Positions 46,609 through 58,374 are shown, counted from the whole stretch's first letter. The stretch: 62,600 nt of DNA, filler included, from Sanchytrium tribonematis (GCA_018985235.1; 21 parts of 21 records of this genome joined end to end with filler, not necessarily neighbours in it), one strand, 5' to 3'. Made by a program: numbers and translations. The notes: a model not told the origin generated them from the sequence alone.

Positions 46609-47401
46609 ATGACTTTTGATAAAGTCTTGCCAATACTCAAGAAAAGTAAACTGGGTCTAGCAGTATCAGGAGGACCAGATAGTATGGCACTTGCTACTTT
46701 GGCTTCAAAGTATTTGCCTTTGGATCAATTAAGTTGCTATTTAGTGAATCACAACACTCAGAAAGACAGCGGCACTCGCATCGAAGCTTCACGAAACTAC
46801 TTAGCTGAAAAAGGATTTAATTGTAATGTGTTGAATATTTATCCTAATTCCGATGATGAAAATGAGCTGAGAAACTTGAGGTATCTCATTCTAGAAAGTG
46901 CGTTAATTAAAGATAAAATTAATTATTTGGCTACGGGTCACCACTTAAATGACAATATTGAAACCATGATCATGAGATTGGCTTGTGAAAGTGATCATTT
47001 CGGACTTGCAAGCATGAGATTAGAGTCGCCCTTTGGTATTTCAAAAAGGATAAAGCTTTTACGACCGCTGCTTAAGTTGGAAAAAACTGCATTGGAGTCC
47101 TTCTGTGTTGATAATAAGATTCCATTTCATGTCGATCCGACCAACGATGATGTTAAATTTAAAAGAAATATGATTCGTAGATTTTTATCTGATATCAAAA
47201 ATAATGTGATATCCTTTCAAGGTAGCAATGCCTTTTCAACTACTGAACTTGACAATACTTTGCAATACTTTGATTTAAATAGAAGTTCTCTAAATTTGAT
47301 AACTGATAAAATTTTGGAAGAATATTTCTTGGCTGACTATAATTTGGGATTTGGGCTTCTACATATACCAAAGGATTGCAAATGGATAAGAGATAGCTAC
47401 A
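46609..47401 (+). CDS. tilS: tRNA(Ile)-lysidine synthetase, truncated
   Basis: AVSGGPDSMAL, TGHHLND.IET, LLRPLL, DPTN, RN.IR. Confidence 0.92.
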
Positions 47402-47501
47402 NNNNNNNNNNNNNNNNNNNNNNNNNNNNNNNNNNNNNNNNNNNNTTAATTAATTAANNNNNNNNNNNNNNNNNNNNNNNNNNNNNNNNNNNNNNNNNNN
47501 N

Positions 47502-47716
47502 GACAAGACACAAGTTCCAGAATAGCCTTTTCTTGCTTTACAATTATGAAAATATTGAAAAGGATATAAAAGTGGTGCAATATTATCATTATAGTCGCCA
47601 TTGACTTTAGTTTCTTGTAGACATACAATGTCCGCATTTAAAGCTATAATTTTATCTGCCAACTTTTTTGTCAAAGCACTTCGGAGAGACATAACATTCC
47701 AACTACAGATAATCAT
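47502..47716 (-). CDS. ExoIII/AP endonuclease, N-terminal fragment
   Basis: ICSWNV.SLR...DIVCLQETK...GYSG. Confidence 0.9.
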
Positions 47717-47751
47717 GATGGTGGTTTAAAGGAGTGCAGGAACAAATTTAT

Positions 47752-48549
47752 TTACCAAGCAGGTGCTGCATTGGGGTCAGCCCAATCTTGTGGCTGTTCA
47801 TTGGCCCAGTCTTGTGGTTGCTCAGCAGCCCAATCTTGTGGTTGTTCAGCAGACCATTGTCCTTGACCTTCATTTTGCCAATCATCACCCTTTGCTTCTT
47901 CTTTGGTTTCTTCAACAACTTCCTGGTCAGGATCTCTGTAAATAAACATATCAACCATGACCTCCCATTCTTGATCTCTTGGTAATGATCCTCTTAATCT
48001 TAAAAGTTCTCTTGCAAGTAGCCAAAATCCAAGACCAATAGAATTCTTACTTTTAGTGTTAGTTGGAATAGCAATATCAACATACTTCAATGGAACATCA
48101 GTGTCACAGAAAGCGATGACTGGAATGTTAACGTAACTAGCCTCCTTAATAGCTTGTGAATCAACTAATGGGTCTGCAACGATAAGAAGTTGTGGTTCTC
48201 TAAAAGTACGTGTAATGTAATTGGTAAATGTACCTGGAGTAAATCTACCAGCAACACTTTGAGCACCCGTGTATTTTGCAAATTTGTGAACTGCACGATG
48301 TCCAAAATTCTTTCCAGAGATAACACAAATATCTTCTGGATTTTCAACGGTAGCCAAAACACGAGCTGCCAAGACTAATTTCTCCCAAGTCTTTTTAATG
48401 TTTAAAACATGGACTCCATCAGGTCTTCTACCATAAATGTAAGGCTGCATGGTAAAGTTCAAATTTTTAGAACCCAAGTGCATTGATGCAGCTAACATTT
48501 TTTGGATTGTCTGACTATCAGCTTCTAAAATTTCTGGTGTTTTTCCCAT
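47752..48549 (-). CDS. RPS0: 40S ribosomal protein uS2
   Basis: [12 protein letters not shown]...[12 protein letters not shown] tail repeats. Confidence 0.98.
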   Translation of the reverse strand: MGKTPEILEADSQTIQKMLAASMHLGSKNLNFTMQPYIYGRRPDGVHVLNIKKTWEKLVLAARVLATVENPEDICVISGKNFGHRAVHKFAKYTGAQSVAGRFTPGTFTNYITRTFREPQLLIVADPLVDSQAIKEASYVNIPVIAFCDTDVPLKYVDIAIPTNTKSKNSIGLGFWLLARELLRLRGSLPRDQEWEVMVDMFIYRDPDQEVVEETKEEAKGDDWQNEGQGQWSAEQPQDWAAEQPQDWANEQPQDWADPNAAPAW

Positions 48550-48618
48550 TATTCTCAGTCATTATTTCTGTGAAGTTGCTTCGACTTTCACGTGTCTTGA
48601 ACCCCATTCGGAAATTTG

Positions 48619-48879
48619 TTACAAAAAATTACCAAGTTTATTTGGATGAAGATTTTCTTTTGTGTCATTTATGAGCATCATGTGTTCAAATAGAGAGTTA
48701 GCGGCTGTTCGGATTAGCTTAAGATCGTCGCTTGAAAAAATAATTTTTAAATTACAGTCGTTGTTTGTGATATCTCTACTAATGGGCACTTTTCCGATTT
48801 GTATCTTGTCGACTGATAATACTTTATTATATATTTCGCCATTCTGAGTATTAAAATTCAATGTGATAGAGTGTCTCAT
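48619..48879 (-). CDS. PCC1: KEOPS subunit Pcc1
   Basis: H.ITL.F...VL.VD...R.I......L.I.F...D.K.IR.A.NS. Confidence 0.75.
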   Translation of the reverse strand: MRHSITLNFNTQNGEIYNKVLSVDKIQIGKVPISRDITNNDCNLKIIFSSDDLKLIRTAANSLFEHMMLINDTKENLHPNKLGNFL

Positions 48880-48885
48880 CCTTTA

Positions 48886-49580
48886 TTAAATCATAAAACC
48901 ACTATTAGACACAAAAGTCTGCTTGACTGGAGATTTTGATTGATTATTAAGTTCATCAGTTTTGTTCTTTCCTACTTTATCAAGTGCCTTTTCAACTATA
49001 TTTTGTAGCATGCTAGCTGTTTGCTTTGGTGGGGACGGAGTTGCTTCAAATATAAGTTCGGTACTATCATCAAAAGATTCTCCGAATAATTGACTAACAT
49101 CATTATTCAAAGGTTTGCTTAGATCCTTACTTTTCAACTGGTCAGGCACAACTTTCTCTCGTATTTCTTCTTCTTCAGTGAGTTGTTGAGGGCTTTGAAT
49201 AATCTCTTCTTTAGCAGGTGACGCATCTGGGCTACTACCACTAACTGAACTAGGATTTATAGTAGATGCCTGAATTGTAATTTGGTTCACAGATTTTATC
49301 GGAGAAGGTTCCCTCGATGATTCTCTAGAAGACCTTTTACCTTTTTTTGAAGATTTGGCAGGGGATTCGTCCTCTTCCAACAAATATTGATAGTCATTAT
49401 GTCCAAGTTTAACTAGCTTCTCTGCCATTTCTCGCATCTCAAATTCTTGCTCTGCTAGACAAACTAATAAGTCCTCCTGCTCTTTGTCCAATTCGTCATA
49501 TTTTCTTTGGAGCTGGCTAAGTTGATCTTCTAAGACTAAGCACCGGCTACTTTTACTTTCGTCATTATCAGCATTATGTG
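48886..49580 (-). CDS. USO1: Uso1/p115-like C-terminus, partial
   Basis: KEQEDLLVCLAEQE....KL.KLG. Confidence 0.6.
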
Positions 49581-49680
49581 NNNNNNNNNNNNNNNNNNNN
49601 NNNNNNNNNNNNNNNNNNNNNNNNTTAATTAATTAANNNNNNNNNNNNNNNNNNNNNNNNNNNNNNNNNNNNNNNNNNNN

Positions 49681-51200
49681 AAAGCGAGGGATCTGCAAAA
49701 GGATTAGAAATATTCTGCTGAGAAGGCTAAATAAGTTAAAAGTACCTGTGCTATATAATTTGAACTGACATTTGAAGATTGCTGTGACCCGAAAGGATTA
49801 TTTTGAAATTGAGTCTGATTTTGTTGCTGAGAAAAAGGATTTTGGGTTTGAGGAGGACTATTGAGTCTCTGTTGAAAGTTTGTCTGAGGTGATTGAAAAT
49901 TATTTGTTGGCTGCTGAGGTGTAGATTGTTGAAATGGATTTGTTTGTGGTTGTTGGCTTTGAAATGGTTGAGGTTGTTGATATTGTCCAAATTGCTGCTG
50001 TGGTGGGGACTGTTGAAATTGACCAAATTGTTGTTGCGGCGGGGATTGCTGGAACTGTTGCTGTGGAGGTGATTGTTGGAACTGCCCGAATTGCTGTTGC
50101 GGTAAAGACTGGGACTGGTACTGCTGGTTAGTTTGGAATTGTTTTGGTGGTGAGTTATCGAAAAGCCCTAATATATCATTCGGGTTCATCTTTTTCTGAG
50201 CATTTGAAGAAACATTACTAGGTGACTGGTTAGTCGCCTGAAAATCTCCAAAATCATTTTGATCGGATTGATTTTGAATTTGTGGAGTGTCAAAAAGGTC
50301 CAACAGATCTTGTTTAGGAGGTGAAGCGTTATTTTGCTGAACTTGTTTCAGACCTTTCGTCTGCTTCACCTTTCCTTCAGCTAACATTTCAACGGCCAAT
50401 TCCAGACTTCCGTTTGCCTCGTTTATGGCAGCCATATTAAGTGAGTCATCTGTAAAACCCATGTTATGCAATTGTTTAAGTAAGGGAGAAGTTCCTTGGT
50501 TTAAAACTTGGCCAGTCGATGAGACTTCTTTAGATAGCATCCTTGGGGCGTCTTTAAAATATTCCCTCGGGCTGGTCTGCTGAGTAGTTGGTGGAGCGGC
50601 CGATACAGATGGGCGTCTATTTGAAACAATATATTCAACAGATGCTTGAATGCCTCCATTATTTTTTGACAAAGCTTCCCGGACTAATGATTCTTCAAAT
50701 CCCATTCCAACTAATTGTTTTAATTCGTTGTTATATGGGAAATATTGCTGCTGAGATAAATTGGTTGCAGGTTTTTGTTGAGTTTGAGATGGATATGAGT
50801 TGCTCGTTGCGCCTGACATAAATCGCTTGAATTCGTATTTGTCTCTAATATATTGCTCTAATTTTCTATCAGCTTCAGCCCCAGAAGTCAAGGCTATAGG
50901 GTCAACCTGAACATTTGAAGGATTATACAATTGATTCACTTTCGCATTACCGCCATTGGCCATCGATTGTAATTGTTCCTCTGTCCATTTGTCAAGTGTG
51001 ACAGATTTTACCTTGGTTAGATGTACACCTAGTTTTCTATGAATACCTGAGCAACGGATACAAATAAATGCACCCAAATTCCACGATGCCCACCTTGGCG
51101 ACTTCGAATTACAATCCGCACATAAATTATTGGCAGGCTCGGCTAGCAGTCTCGCGAAAAACTGTTTCTGCTTAGCTTCGTAATTTGAATCCGTAGACAT
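49681..51200 (-). CDS. ArfGAP with two UBA domains and a Q-rich NPF tail; 19-nt intron at 49727-49745
   Basis: CADC...[21 protein letters not shown]; two MGF UBA motifs. Confidence 0.93.
49727..49745 (-). other. 19-nt intron GTACTTTTAACTTATTTAG
   Basis: Gives [17 protein letters not shown], another NPF motif. Confidence 0.8.
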
Positions 51201-51257
51201 TTTATGTTTCAGAATTTAAATTTACCACAAAAGAAAACCAATGCACAATAAAATTTA

Positions 51258-51755
51258 TTACGACAAATGGCCATATACATCTAGTTTTGGAAGCTCTTCA
51301 AAAGGTTTATGATGATATTTGTGGCCAGATTTGTACAACTCAACTTTTAACCGACTAAGCGTGAAACTACTGGGTGATTTGAAATGAATACCAGGTTCCA
51401 CATGATTAGTACTGTAAGAGACATCTTTAGGTGGATATAAAACATATTTTTGGTTTTCATACATATAACTCAAGTAATACTTCTTCCAACTATTAGTCCA
51501 ATTATTAGTCCTAGATAGGGGGATGTGTGGCTCGAAATCATCGTATAAGACTGAAGTAAGGTATAAATTGAATTCTTTCCAGGATTTCCCCATATAAAGG
51601 CATCCCCAAGACGAAGGGAACTGATATAGATACATTTCATTTGGAACAATGAGCGAGTCCCCACTAACTTCGCTAAATGTAGGATTATATAGACTTATTC
51701 CAGCCAAGGCGTCGTTTTGGCCGTACGAATGAAGAGCATCCAAAACCCATTTGAA
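51258..51755 (-). CDS. Glycosyltransferase (GT-A-like) C-terminus
   Basis: GISLY, YLYQ.PSSWG, SWKKY, STNH.E.G.H. Confidence 0.7.
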   Translation of the reverse strand, partial: FKWVLDALHSYGQNDALAGISLYNPTFSEVSGDSLIVPNEMYLYQFPSSWGCLYMGKSWKEFNLYLTSVLYDDFEPHIPLSRTNNWTNSWKKYYLSYMYENQKYVLYPPKDVSYSTNHVEPGIHFKSPSSFTLSRLKVELYKSGHKYHHKPFEELPKLDVYGHLS

Positions 51756-51932
51756 NNNNNNNNNNNNNNNNNNNNNNNNNNNNNNNNNNNNNNNNNNNNT
51801 TAATTAATTAANNNNNNNNNNNNNNNNNNNNNNNNNNNNNNNNNNNNNNNNNNNNGAGACATGACCTTGAATATGAATTCTTCAACATTCATTTTCTGAG
51901 ACATGACCTTGAAATTCATAAAAATTTAAAAT

Positions 51933-53276
51933 TTACTGATATTTCGTCAAAAATTCATTTAACCACATTCCATGTCTCTCAATCCGCTCTTCAATATCCA
52001 TATTATAGTTATCTGGAATATCGTCCTCGATATAAAGCGGCAAAGTGCTCACATCTGCATCATTCAATGCGCTCTTAATTTTAATCATTCGCTCATCCTG
52101 TATGTCTACTTCTAGATCCTTGTGATGAACAGCGTTATAATGTACTAGCGCATTCACTTGTCTCCTCAATCCTTCAATTTCCATTTGTAAGTCATTTTTA
52201 GGTGATTTCTCCGAGTTAGATTTCAATATTTTCATTTCTGTCTGCAATTCAACCAAATCATTTGTCACCAATTGCAACGAGTCATCAATAATCTGTTTAG
52301 TCTGATTATGATCATTTTGGTTCATAGCGTGCCTGTATTCTTTAATGTCTTGATTTAATCGAGTATTTAATCTTTTCTCAATTAATTCAATATTTTCATG
52401 CAATTCCTTTTTAACATCATTGCTGATTGATAATTTAGATACATTCATATCTGTCTGGCTTAATTTATCATCGATTCTCTTATCTAATTGCAATTCTAAT
52501 TTATAAGCCAATATTTCAAATTCTTTTCTCAAGGATTCTTTTTCTGAATTCATAAGTGAATGAATCATTTGCTCCAATGATTCTCTCAGCATTTCTGACT
52601 CATTCGGTAGATCAATTTTGTATTTGCTGGTAATATCTTCGATAGAATTTACTTTTTCAGCTGAATTTTTCAATTCTTTTTTGAGAGGATGCTGGGATTT
52701 CTTGGTGGCTTTTGACTTGAATTTAGGTGAAACCTCATTGTCAATAGAGATCACAGATGATTTTGGTGTTTTGTCAATTGATTTTTCACTTGATTTCTCA
52801 ATAGGCTTTTCAATTTTAATACTTTCAGATTTTTCAATTTTTCTTTTTTGTGACTCGCTCAAAGACTCCTTCTTCTTAATCATATTAGGCAGTGGAGGTA
52901 ATTGATTCACTAATGACTCATCTGTATCTGGATCCCTCATTAGCCTCTTCAAGCTAGTCGTATCCTCACTCAAAAATTTCATCAAATCATGTTTATCTTC
53001 AGAAACCTGTCTAATCCCGTTTAATTTAGCCTGTTCATATTCCTCTTTACAAATAGAGTCATTTGGATGATCCCATTGTGATTTCTTGGTGATTTCATTA
53101 AAGTAATAGATCAATCCATCTTTATTTTCAATAGCTGACCAATTTGGAGGTAGATTTCCAGTTAATCCTTTTTCTGCAATATAATAATACTCTTTTTCTT
53201 GAATTCCTAGTAGATCTGCATAATCTTTTATCTCTTCTGGATTGGGTTGATGATTTACCTGTTCTAACAAATGCAT
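51933..53276 (-). CDS. CEP164: CEP164-like WW plus coiled-coil centriole protein
   Basis: P..EEI..YA..LGI.......IA..GL...LP..W...YYFN..T..SQWDHP.D. Confidence 0.85.
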   Translation of the reverse strand: MHLLEQVNHQPNPEEIKDYADLLGIQEKEYYYIAEKGLTGNLPPNWSAIENKDGLIYYFNEITKKSQWDHPNDSICKEEYEQAKLNGIRQVSEDKHDLMKFLSEDTTSLKRLMRDPDTDESLVNQLPPLPNMIKKKESLSESQKRKIEKSESIKIEKPIEKSSEKSIDKTPKSSVISIDNEVSPKFKSKATKKSQHPLKKELKNSAEKVNSIEDITSKYKIDLPNESEMLRESLEQMIHSLMNSEKESLRKEFEILAYKLELQLDKRIDDKLSQTDMNVSKLSISNDVKKELHENIELIEKRLNTRLNQDIKEYRHAMNQNDHNQTKQIIDDSLQLVTNDLVELQTEMKILKSNSEKSPKNDLQMEIEGLRRQVNALVHYNAVHHKDLEVDIQDERMIKIKSALNDADVSTLPLYIEDDIPDNYNMDIEERIERHGMWLNEFLTKYQ

Positions 53277-53330
53277 TTTGATGGCCTACTTGTTTGTGAC
53301 AGAAAAATCAATTTTAGATATAAATTATAT

Positions 53331-53651
53331 TTACTCATTTGCTGGTGGATCAGATGCATCCATTTTTTTGACAACTTTTGTAGCTAATTCTGTCAAATCA
53401 CCATATTTTTGTTGGTGTTTTAATTTTTTGATTTTTAATTTTAAATGCATCACTTCGACTGTTAAATGCTCAAAATCAGAGCCTAATTGGTCATTCAATT
53501 TGATTTCTTGATCCAAATCTTTCTTCAGCTCTTGATTGACCTCTTTCAATTGAGCAATTTCTGCTTCATTTTGAGCCAATCTATTCATAATCTCTCTATT
53601 TTGAAGCTGATCTACAAGTGTTTCTTTATTAGTCAAAGATACCATGTTCAA
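53331..53651 (-). CDS. Small coiled-coil protein
   Basis: Heptad pattern. Confidence 0.55.
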   Translation of the reverse strand: MNMVSLTNKETLVDQLQNREIMNRLAQNEAEIAQLKEVNQELKKDLDQEIKLNDQLGSDFEHLTVEVMHLKLKIKKLKHQQKYGDLTELATKVVKKMDASDPPANE

Positions 53652-54029
53652 TTATAGTCTGGTGTGCTTTTATATTTGTAATTGATTATTTTGATTGGGA
53701 CATTTTTAATTAACAAACGACGTCTAAAAATCCAAAATACATTTTATAAGAAACACATGTCCTTTATTGTTTTAATCCCATTCCAGCTAACTCTTTCTCC
53801 AAATCTTCATCCACCACGACATCTGTATGTTCCTCAGCCAATGCATTGACTTTATCCGTTTCATAATTGGCTTTTGGCACTTTTTTAGCCTGTTGTAAAT
53901 CAGGCGCATTTAATCTAAATTAATAAATANNNNNNNNNNNNNNNNNNNNNNNNNNNNNNNNNNNNNNNNNNNNTTAATTAATTAANNNNNNNNNNNNNNN
54001 NNNNNNNNNNNNNNNNNNNNNNNNNNNNN

Positions 54030-56102
54030 TGTGAGTTTATCAATAGATGGGCAGAATTACACCAAAGACATATAAATCACACCAACCAACGATTGAATCT
54101 GCCAAATCCCCCCATTTATTATCCCCATGTGCCATTTTCAATGTCAAAACCCAAAGTAGTATCCCAAATAGCATCCAAATGCTCAGATTATGCCAAAATA
54201 AGAAATATAGATATTTGGCACCAAATCACAAGGCAAAATGATCAGATTATCAATCTTAAATGGGTCAAATCCCATACAAATTCCGATCCTATGTTTTTGC
54301 AGCAGATTTATAGCCCCATTCATTATGAAGGCTCTGAAGTCAACACTAAATTTGCCAATCAAAGTGCGATTATTCGAATTATGACACTAAACAGAGTCAT
54401 TTCAAATGTCCCCAAAGATGCCATTTCAATTCAAGATTTAATTGGTTTTGGTCGATCAAACTCTAAATTGATAGATTTTGATGTCAAAGATCATTTGAAA
54501 TATCAAATGAGACTACCGAGCATGATGGAATATGTTGATTGTAATGACCCATTAAAATTAGATTTATTAGCAAAAAAGGAATACTTTGAGGATAAAACAT
54601 TTCAAACAGTCCTTTTTCATGACGAGATGGGAACTAGTCGTGATTTACTCAAGAATATCATCAAAGATCAACCAATCACTGTGCCATACTTTAAACAAAT
54701 GAAGCATTCCAAGTATAAAGAGAGTTATGTTTTATTAAGTGTTTTGGTAAAAAATAATCAATCCAAGGCATTTGTTGAACTTAAGAAGAGTCTAGCCAAG
54801 ATTAGGGTTGTTCCAGTTGCTGATGGGGATGCAATGGAGTTGCTACTGATGAGTGCCCCGTATTTGTTTTCATTTGATTCAAATTTGCAGAAACTTCATG
54901 AGAAATGTGTTGAAAATGGTACTTTTGTTGCCTCTGGTGCCAGTCCAGTAGCCAATATGTTGCTGTATCACCAATTTGATTACCAATTTCACTTAATTAT
55001 GGGATATATGCTGATTAATTTCAATAATCAATTTCAAAGAGAAAGAGCAAAAATTCAAGCTAAAATTATGACATTTACTACTTCCTCAGAACTTACCACT
55101 CCCGCTACCACTACTGAGGTGTTCATTAGTGATCTGGAATCTCCTCCTCTAACTGTAAAGATTCTGGAGAAGAAAATTCAATTTGGTGTGAGTTTGATCA
55201 TTTACCACAAACAGACCAAGAATTACATTTGTGAGATGGTCCAACTGTTTGTGGAGTCAAACATGTCTACTTTGGAGAGTGAATTATCCAAGGTACTCCA
55301 AATGAACATGTCTAAAATCAAATTTGACTGCTTAGAAAGAATTTTAACAAATGATGACAGATTTCCAATCACAAAAGATGTGATTTTAGCAAATATCAAG
55401 GACTCGAGAATGCTGGAAGTATCTTTGATTTGTGATGATGACGAATATCAGTATTTTCTCAATAACTTAGGGGCAAGATGGACACATCCATCCAATAGAC
55501 TATTAATAAAACAATCTTCTATTCCATCACTTGCCCCTAAGAGACAATTGGACAAAGAACTTGCACCCAATAAAAGAAGCAAGATTGTCGACAAAGTTGC
55601 CTTGCAGCCAATTGAATCTCGATTGATTTGGGTTTATCCCCCAGGTAGAAAATGCATTCCCATTTATACTAAGCAGGATTGCAGTCTGGAAGATCTTGTT
55701 TGGATTCTTTTAAAAAGAAATCTAATTTCCCACTCAAATTTCAATTTCGCTTCATTTCGAGCCCCCTTGGAATTCGGCTGCCCTCTAGATCCAGATGTTA
55801 AAAATGTACAAGTGTTACCTCGAGTGCATGGTGGTGATGATACAAATGATGAAATTGGAACAGATAGAACTGATGTTACTATTGCAGATCAATTGCATGA
55901 TTTTAACATTTTGTCCTATAATGCCAGAGGATCGCGTAATGGTGTATTAAAATCAGAGTTAAAGGCAATGATCAGTCGAAGAAAACCCACCATCATCCAA
56001 GTAATGGAGTACAGAACCAAGAAGCCAATTCATTTACCAGGATACAATTTATTCACCTTTGATCATGAAATGGAATGTGATCGCATGGCAGTATATATAC
56101 TC
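54030..56102 (+). mobile_element. Retroelement-like polyprotein: RNase H-like remnant, two ubiquitin-like domains, APE endonuclease start
   Basis: Frame open across the whole contig; NIDIW...KWVKSH; Ubl ending PRVHGG; ILSYNARG...KP.II.VME. Confidence 0.7.
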
Positions 56103-56202
56103 NNNNNNNNNNNNNNNNNNNNNNNNNNNNNNNNNNNNNNNNNNNNTTAATTAATTAANNNNNNNNNNNNNNNNNNNNNNNNNNNNNNNNNNNNNNNNNN
56201 NN

Positions 56203-57051
56203 AAATCTGAATATGGTGATTATTTATTCATTTCTAATGAATATAGTACATGTAGTCCATCTGATATTGACTATATTTATTCTAAACAATCTAAATATGG
56301 ATTAATTGGTAAATCTCAATATTTTCATAAAGTGACTGATTTATTATTGCGTATTTACAATCCAGCGTATTACATTGGATTATTAGGCCATGTTGTAGCA
56401 GAATACTCGATAAATGACAGAGATTTGGTAATTTTACAACCATTACTTGATAAAATCAAACAAATTGAATTTAAAGGAGAATCTGCTAAATCTCTATTTA
56501 TATCATTAAATGACAATTACAAGTGTCAATTACTTGTCATGTTATTTAGTATAGACCATATCAAATTAACTGGACTAGAATTCAATCAAATATCATTTCA
56601 AGTGAATTTAAATTGTAAAAATGAAATTCAATTTTTAATGGATTCTAATAAAATGGATATTGAATTAAATTCTGATTTGGTATATCAATTGGCTCAAGAT
56701 GTGATTAGAAATAGTTCACCTATTCCCAATTTGATGATTCATTCACGGGTTGCGATTCATGGATGTCATTTGTTGAATGAAATCAATGAAAAAGAGAGAG
56801 GGGAAGAAATCCATAGAATGTATAAATTGATGTTGACATTGATGCAGGATCATTTGTATTCTAAATTACGAGTAGATGTGGGAAAGCAATATCGATATTT
56901 TACATGGCAATTGAAAATGAAGCAACTGGATGTGAATTGGGAATGTGGGAGTGAGGATAAGTGGATCAATGTGGGTTATTTAACTTGGAAAGAATTCAAT
57001 GAGAAACACTTGGAGGGAAATGGCAATTTGGGAGAGAAGAACAATAAATGA
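56203..57051 (+). CDS. Hypothetical protein, 5'-partial
   Basis: Long ORF. Confidence 0.55.
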   Translation, partial: KSEYGDYLFISNEYSTCSPSDIDYIYSKQSKYGLIGKSQYFHKVTDLLLRIYNPAYYIGLLGHVVAEYSINDRDLVILQPLLDKIKQIEFKGESAKSLFISLNDNYKCQLLVMLFSIDHIKLTGLEFNQISFQVNLNCKNEIQFLMDSNKMDIELNSDLVYQLAQDVIRNSSPIPNLMIHSRVAIHGCHLLNEINEKERGEEIHRMYKLMLTLMQDHLYSKLRVDVGKQYRYFTWQLKMKQLDVNWECGSEDKWINVGYLTWKEFNEKHLEGNGNLGEKNNK

Positions 57052-57175
57052 TGTGTGTGCGTAGTTTTTTGTGCTCTCTTGCATTCGTAGCGTAACATTT
57101 TAATTGGTCAAACCCAAGTCACAAAATACAAACTAGATACAAAAGCAAGTTAGTATCATCTACTTTACATTTGAA

Positions 57176-57997
57176 ATGCTCATCGGAACCATATTCGCAT
57201 ACTCTCTCTACAATTTACAAGATATGCAATGTACAATTGATGATCCAAATGAAATACTTGAATATGGAGTCCAACATGTTTCAATATCAGCCAGTAAGAC
57301 AACGGAATTCGATTATAAATTGAAGAATTACTCATGTCCTATTGACGGTAGCCTATTCACACTTGAACACCACGGGATTCAGATTATCAAATTAGATGAT
57401 CCATTTACAGCTGAGAAAATTGCAGAATTGAGAGATGTAGATGCTGAAACCATAGAGAAAGACACTTATGATTCGTATTGCGATATGATGGAAAAGTACT
57501 TTGAAAAGAAATTTAACGAGCCAATGCTGTGCGTGGATTTTCAATCTAGGGATACAAATGCGAATAGACAGCTTCCAGTTTTCCACAAGGACATTATTAA
57601 TGAACACTTTCAAGGAAGAAGAATCAAGTTGGATTCAAATTTTGTCAGTTCCAATGTATTAACATTTAAACAACCCAATACATACAATATATGGATAAAT
57701 GTGGGCGATAAGATTGAAAATCATGCTTTGTATTTCATCCGACCAGGACAATCCAATTTCGGAGCAATACTGTCAAATGAGGACACTCTTTATATGATTC
57801 CAGATTTTGAATTGATGGAGATATTTCATTTCCCAGGGATGGAGACTGGTGATGCTATTATTTTTGATTCATCTTACTATTTCCATGCTTCTATTGATAA
57901 TGGCATTAAATTCAGAAGACAATCCGTTGAATTTACATTAAAAAAGCGATATCCAGAGGTATCTGATGACTCATCAGATGGGTATTGGTCAAATTGA
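57176..57997 (+). CDS. CmcJ/AsaB-like Fe(II)/2OG oxygenase with a short hydrophobic leader
   Basis: FTLE.HG, FHKD, NIW, M...D.IIFDS, HAS, RRQSVE. Confidence 0.7.
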   Translation: MLIGTIFAYSLYNLQDMQCTIDDPNEILEYGVQHVSISASKTTEFDYKLKNYSCPIDGSLFTLEHHGIQIIKLDDPFTAEKIAELRDVDAETIEKDTYDSYCDMMEKYFEKKFNEPMLCVDFQSRDTNANRQLPVFHKDIINEHFQGRRIKLDSNFVSSNVLTFKQPNTYNIWINVGDKIENHALYFIRPGQSNFGAILSNEDTLYMIPDFELMEIFHFPGMETGDAIIFDSSYYFHASIDNGIKFRRQSVEFTLKKRYPEVSDDSSDGYWSN

Positions 57998-58071
57998 AAG
58001 TCGCTTTCCATTTCAAATTTCCTCCAATAAAATCAATTTTAAAACTAGGCCAATTGTTTTACTTTTATAAA

Positions 58072-58274
58072 ATGTTGGATATTGGATTAATCATTACATT
58101 TCCTATCATGAGTTGTTTAATTATACTAGGATGCTTTTATTTTCTAGTCTATTTCATCTCTCCAGAGGACAAATGGGTAGCATGGGCTCCAAAAATATTA
58201 TTTATTTTCTGCATGTCATTGGCGTGTTTTAATGTATTGATGCTTCCATTGGATGTCGCTAATAAGACATATGA
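58072..58274 (+). CDS. LMBR1-domain protein N-terminus
   Basis: YFLVYF..PEDK..AW.PK...VLMLPLDVAN. Confidence 0.85.
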
Positions 58275-58374
58275 NNNNNNNNNNNNNNNNNNNNNNNNNN
58301 NNNNNNNNNNNNNNNNNNTTAATTAATTAANNNNNNNNNNNNNNNNNNNNNNNNNNNNNNNNNNNNNNNNNNNN

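Noticed and set aside
47778..50110. Tandem repeats in the RPS0 tail and the ArfGAP Q-rich region
   Set aside because: Ordinary coding low-complexity repeats
51857..51914. GAGACATGACCTTGAA direct repeat
   Set aside because: Two copies at a contig edge; too little sequence to interpret
53915..53929. Possible additional tiny intron at a contig end, before a short C-terminal exon
   Set aside because: The donor is cut off by the gap, so the length cannot be determined
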